Source: Phyllobates terribilis (Eukaryota). From it: a stretch of 64,000 nt of DNA. The stretch spans positions 244,094,001 through 244,158,000 of the forward strand of contig NW_027362773.1 in assembly GCF_046119375.1 (NCBI RefSeq), written 5' to 3'. Positions 62,691 to 64,000 of the stretch are shown here, piece by piece; position 1 is the first letter of the stretch, and each line of letters begins with the position of its first letter. Position numbers and translations under genes: made by a program. The notes under the pieces are model-generated. The model saw nothing but the letters and a program-made list of their open reading frames with translations, did not search any database and was not told the DNA's origin.

Positions 62691-64000
62691 CAACCCCTGG
62701 CAAAAATTATGGAATCACCGGGCTCGGAGGATGTTCATTCAGTTGTTTAATGTTGTTGAAAAAAAGCAGATCACAGACATGGCACAAAACTAAAGTCATT
62801 TCAAATGGCAACTTTAGGGCTTTAAGAAAAACTAAAAGAAATCAAGATTAAAAATGATGTACTCAGTAAGGGTAATTTTTTTCAGACCAAGCAGAGGGAA
62901 AAATTATGGAATTACTCAATTCTGAGGAAAAAAATATGGAATCATGAAAAACAAACACACAAAAGAACACTCCAATACATCGCTAGTATTTTGTTGCACC
63001 ACCCCTGGCTTTAATAACAGCTTGCAGTCTCTGAGGCATGGACTTAATGAGTGACAAACAGTACTCTTCATCAATCTGGCTCCAACGTTCTCTGATTGCT
63101 GTTGCCAGATCAGCTTTGCAGGTTGGAGCCTTGTCATGGACCATTTTCTTCAACTTCCACCAAAGATTTTCAGTCGGATTGAGATCCGGACTATTTGCAG
63201 GTCATGACATTGACGTTATGTGTCTTCTTTCAAGGAATGTTTTCACCTTTTTTGCTCTGGCAGGATGCATTATCATCTTGAAAAATGATGTCATCATCCC
63301 CAAACATCCTTTCAATTGATGGGATAAGAAAACTGTCCAAATATCAATGTAAACTTGGGCATTTATTGAAGATGTAATGACAGCCATCCCCCAGTGCCTT
63401 TACCTGACATGCAGCCCCATATCATCAATGACTGTGGAAATTTGCATGTTCTCTTCATGCAGTCATCTTTATAAATCTCATTGGAACGGCACCAAACAAA
63501 AGTTCCAGCATCATCACCTTGCCCAATGCAGATTCGTGATTCATTACTGAATATGACTTTCATCCAGTCATCCACAGCCCACAATTGCTTTTCCTTAGCC
63601 CATTGTAAGCTTGTTTTTTTCTTTTTAGGTGTTAATGATGGCTTTTGTTTAGCTTTTCTGCATGTAAATCTCATTTCCTTTAGGCAGTTTCTTACAGTTC
63701 GGTCACAGACATTGACTCCAGTTTCCTCCCATTCGTTCCTCATTTGTTTTGTTGTGCATTTCCTGTTTTGGAGACATATTGCTTTAAGTTTCCTGTCTTG
63801 ACACTATGATGTCTTCCTTGGTCTACCAGTATGTTTGCCTTTTACAACCTTCCCATGTTGTTTGTATTTGGTCCAGATTTTAGACACAGCTGACTGTGAA
63901 CAACCAACATCTTTTGCAACATTGAATGATGATTTACCTTCTTTTAAGAGTTTGATAATCCTCTCCTTTGTTTCAATTGACATCTCTCGTGTTGGAGCCA
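62691..64000 (-). mobile_element. Tc1 (DD34E) relic, continues beyond the window
   Basis: TA-CAACCCCTGGCAAAAATTATGGAATCAC TIR. Fragments RTVRNCLKEM, KVIFSNESRICIG, LMIWGCMSGKG and FQDDNASC..PANSPDLNP. Confidence 0.92.

Overview
This is vertebrate genomic DNA, almost certainly anuran (frog). The evidence is spliceosomal genes, T2/Kolobok- and Harbinger-type MITEs, many Tc1 families and a CR1 LINE. Three host genes could be built by hand from splice signals. (1) CNEP1R1/TMEM188 is complete on the minus strand (6 coding exons, 125 aa, 10616-17303), and its intron 4 is a U12 (minor spliceosome) intron. (2) An intact TIPRL ORF with no introns in its coding sequence (20046-20870, 274 aa) lies head-to-head with CNEP1R1. 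It sits behind a shared ~250-bp CCAAT/CRE/GC-box CpG promoter and a strong 5'-UTR splice acceptor, which fits a retrogene that captured a bidirectional promoter. (3) An unrecognised plus-strand multi-exon gene has a CpG-island non-coding exon 1 near 28.0-28.15 kb and five phase-consistent short coding exons at 46.4-57.4 kb that the ORF track mostly misses. The rest is mostly transposon-derived: about nine Tc1/mariner copies (including a full-length DD38E/Intruder-type ORF with two catalytic residues changed to Lys), a ~6.9-kb hAT element carrying five nested insertions, a young 5'-truncated CR1, many foldback MITEs, LTR-like and Helitron-like pieces, and five minisatellites, two with higher-order repeats. 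There is one assembly gap (34143-34284). All family assignments come from recalled motifs; no database search was run.
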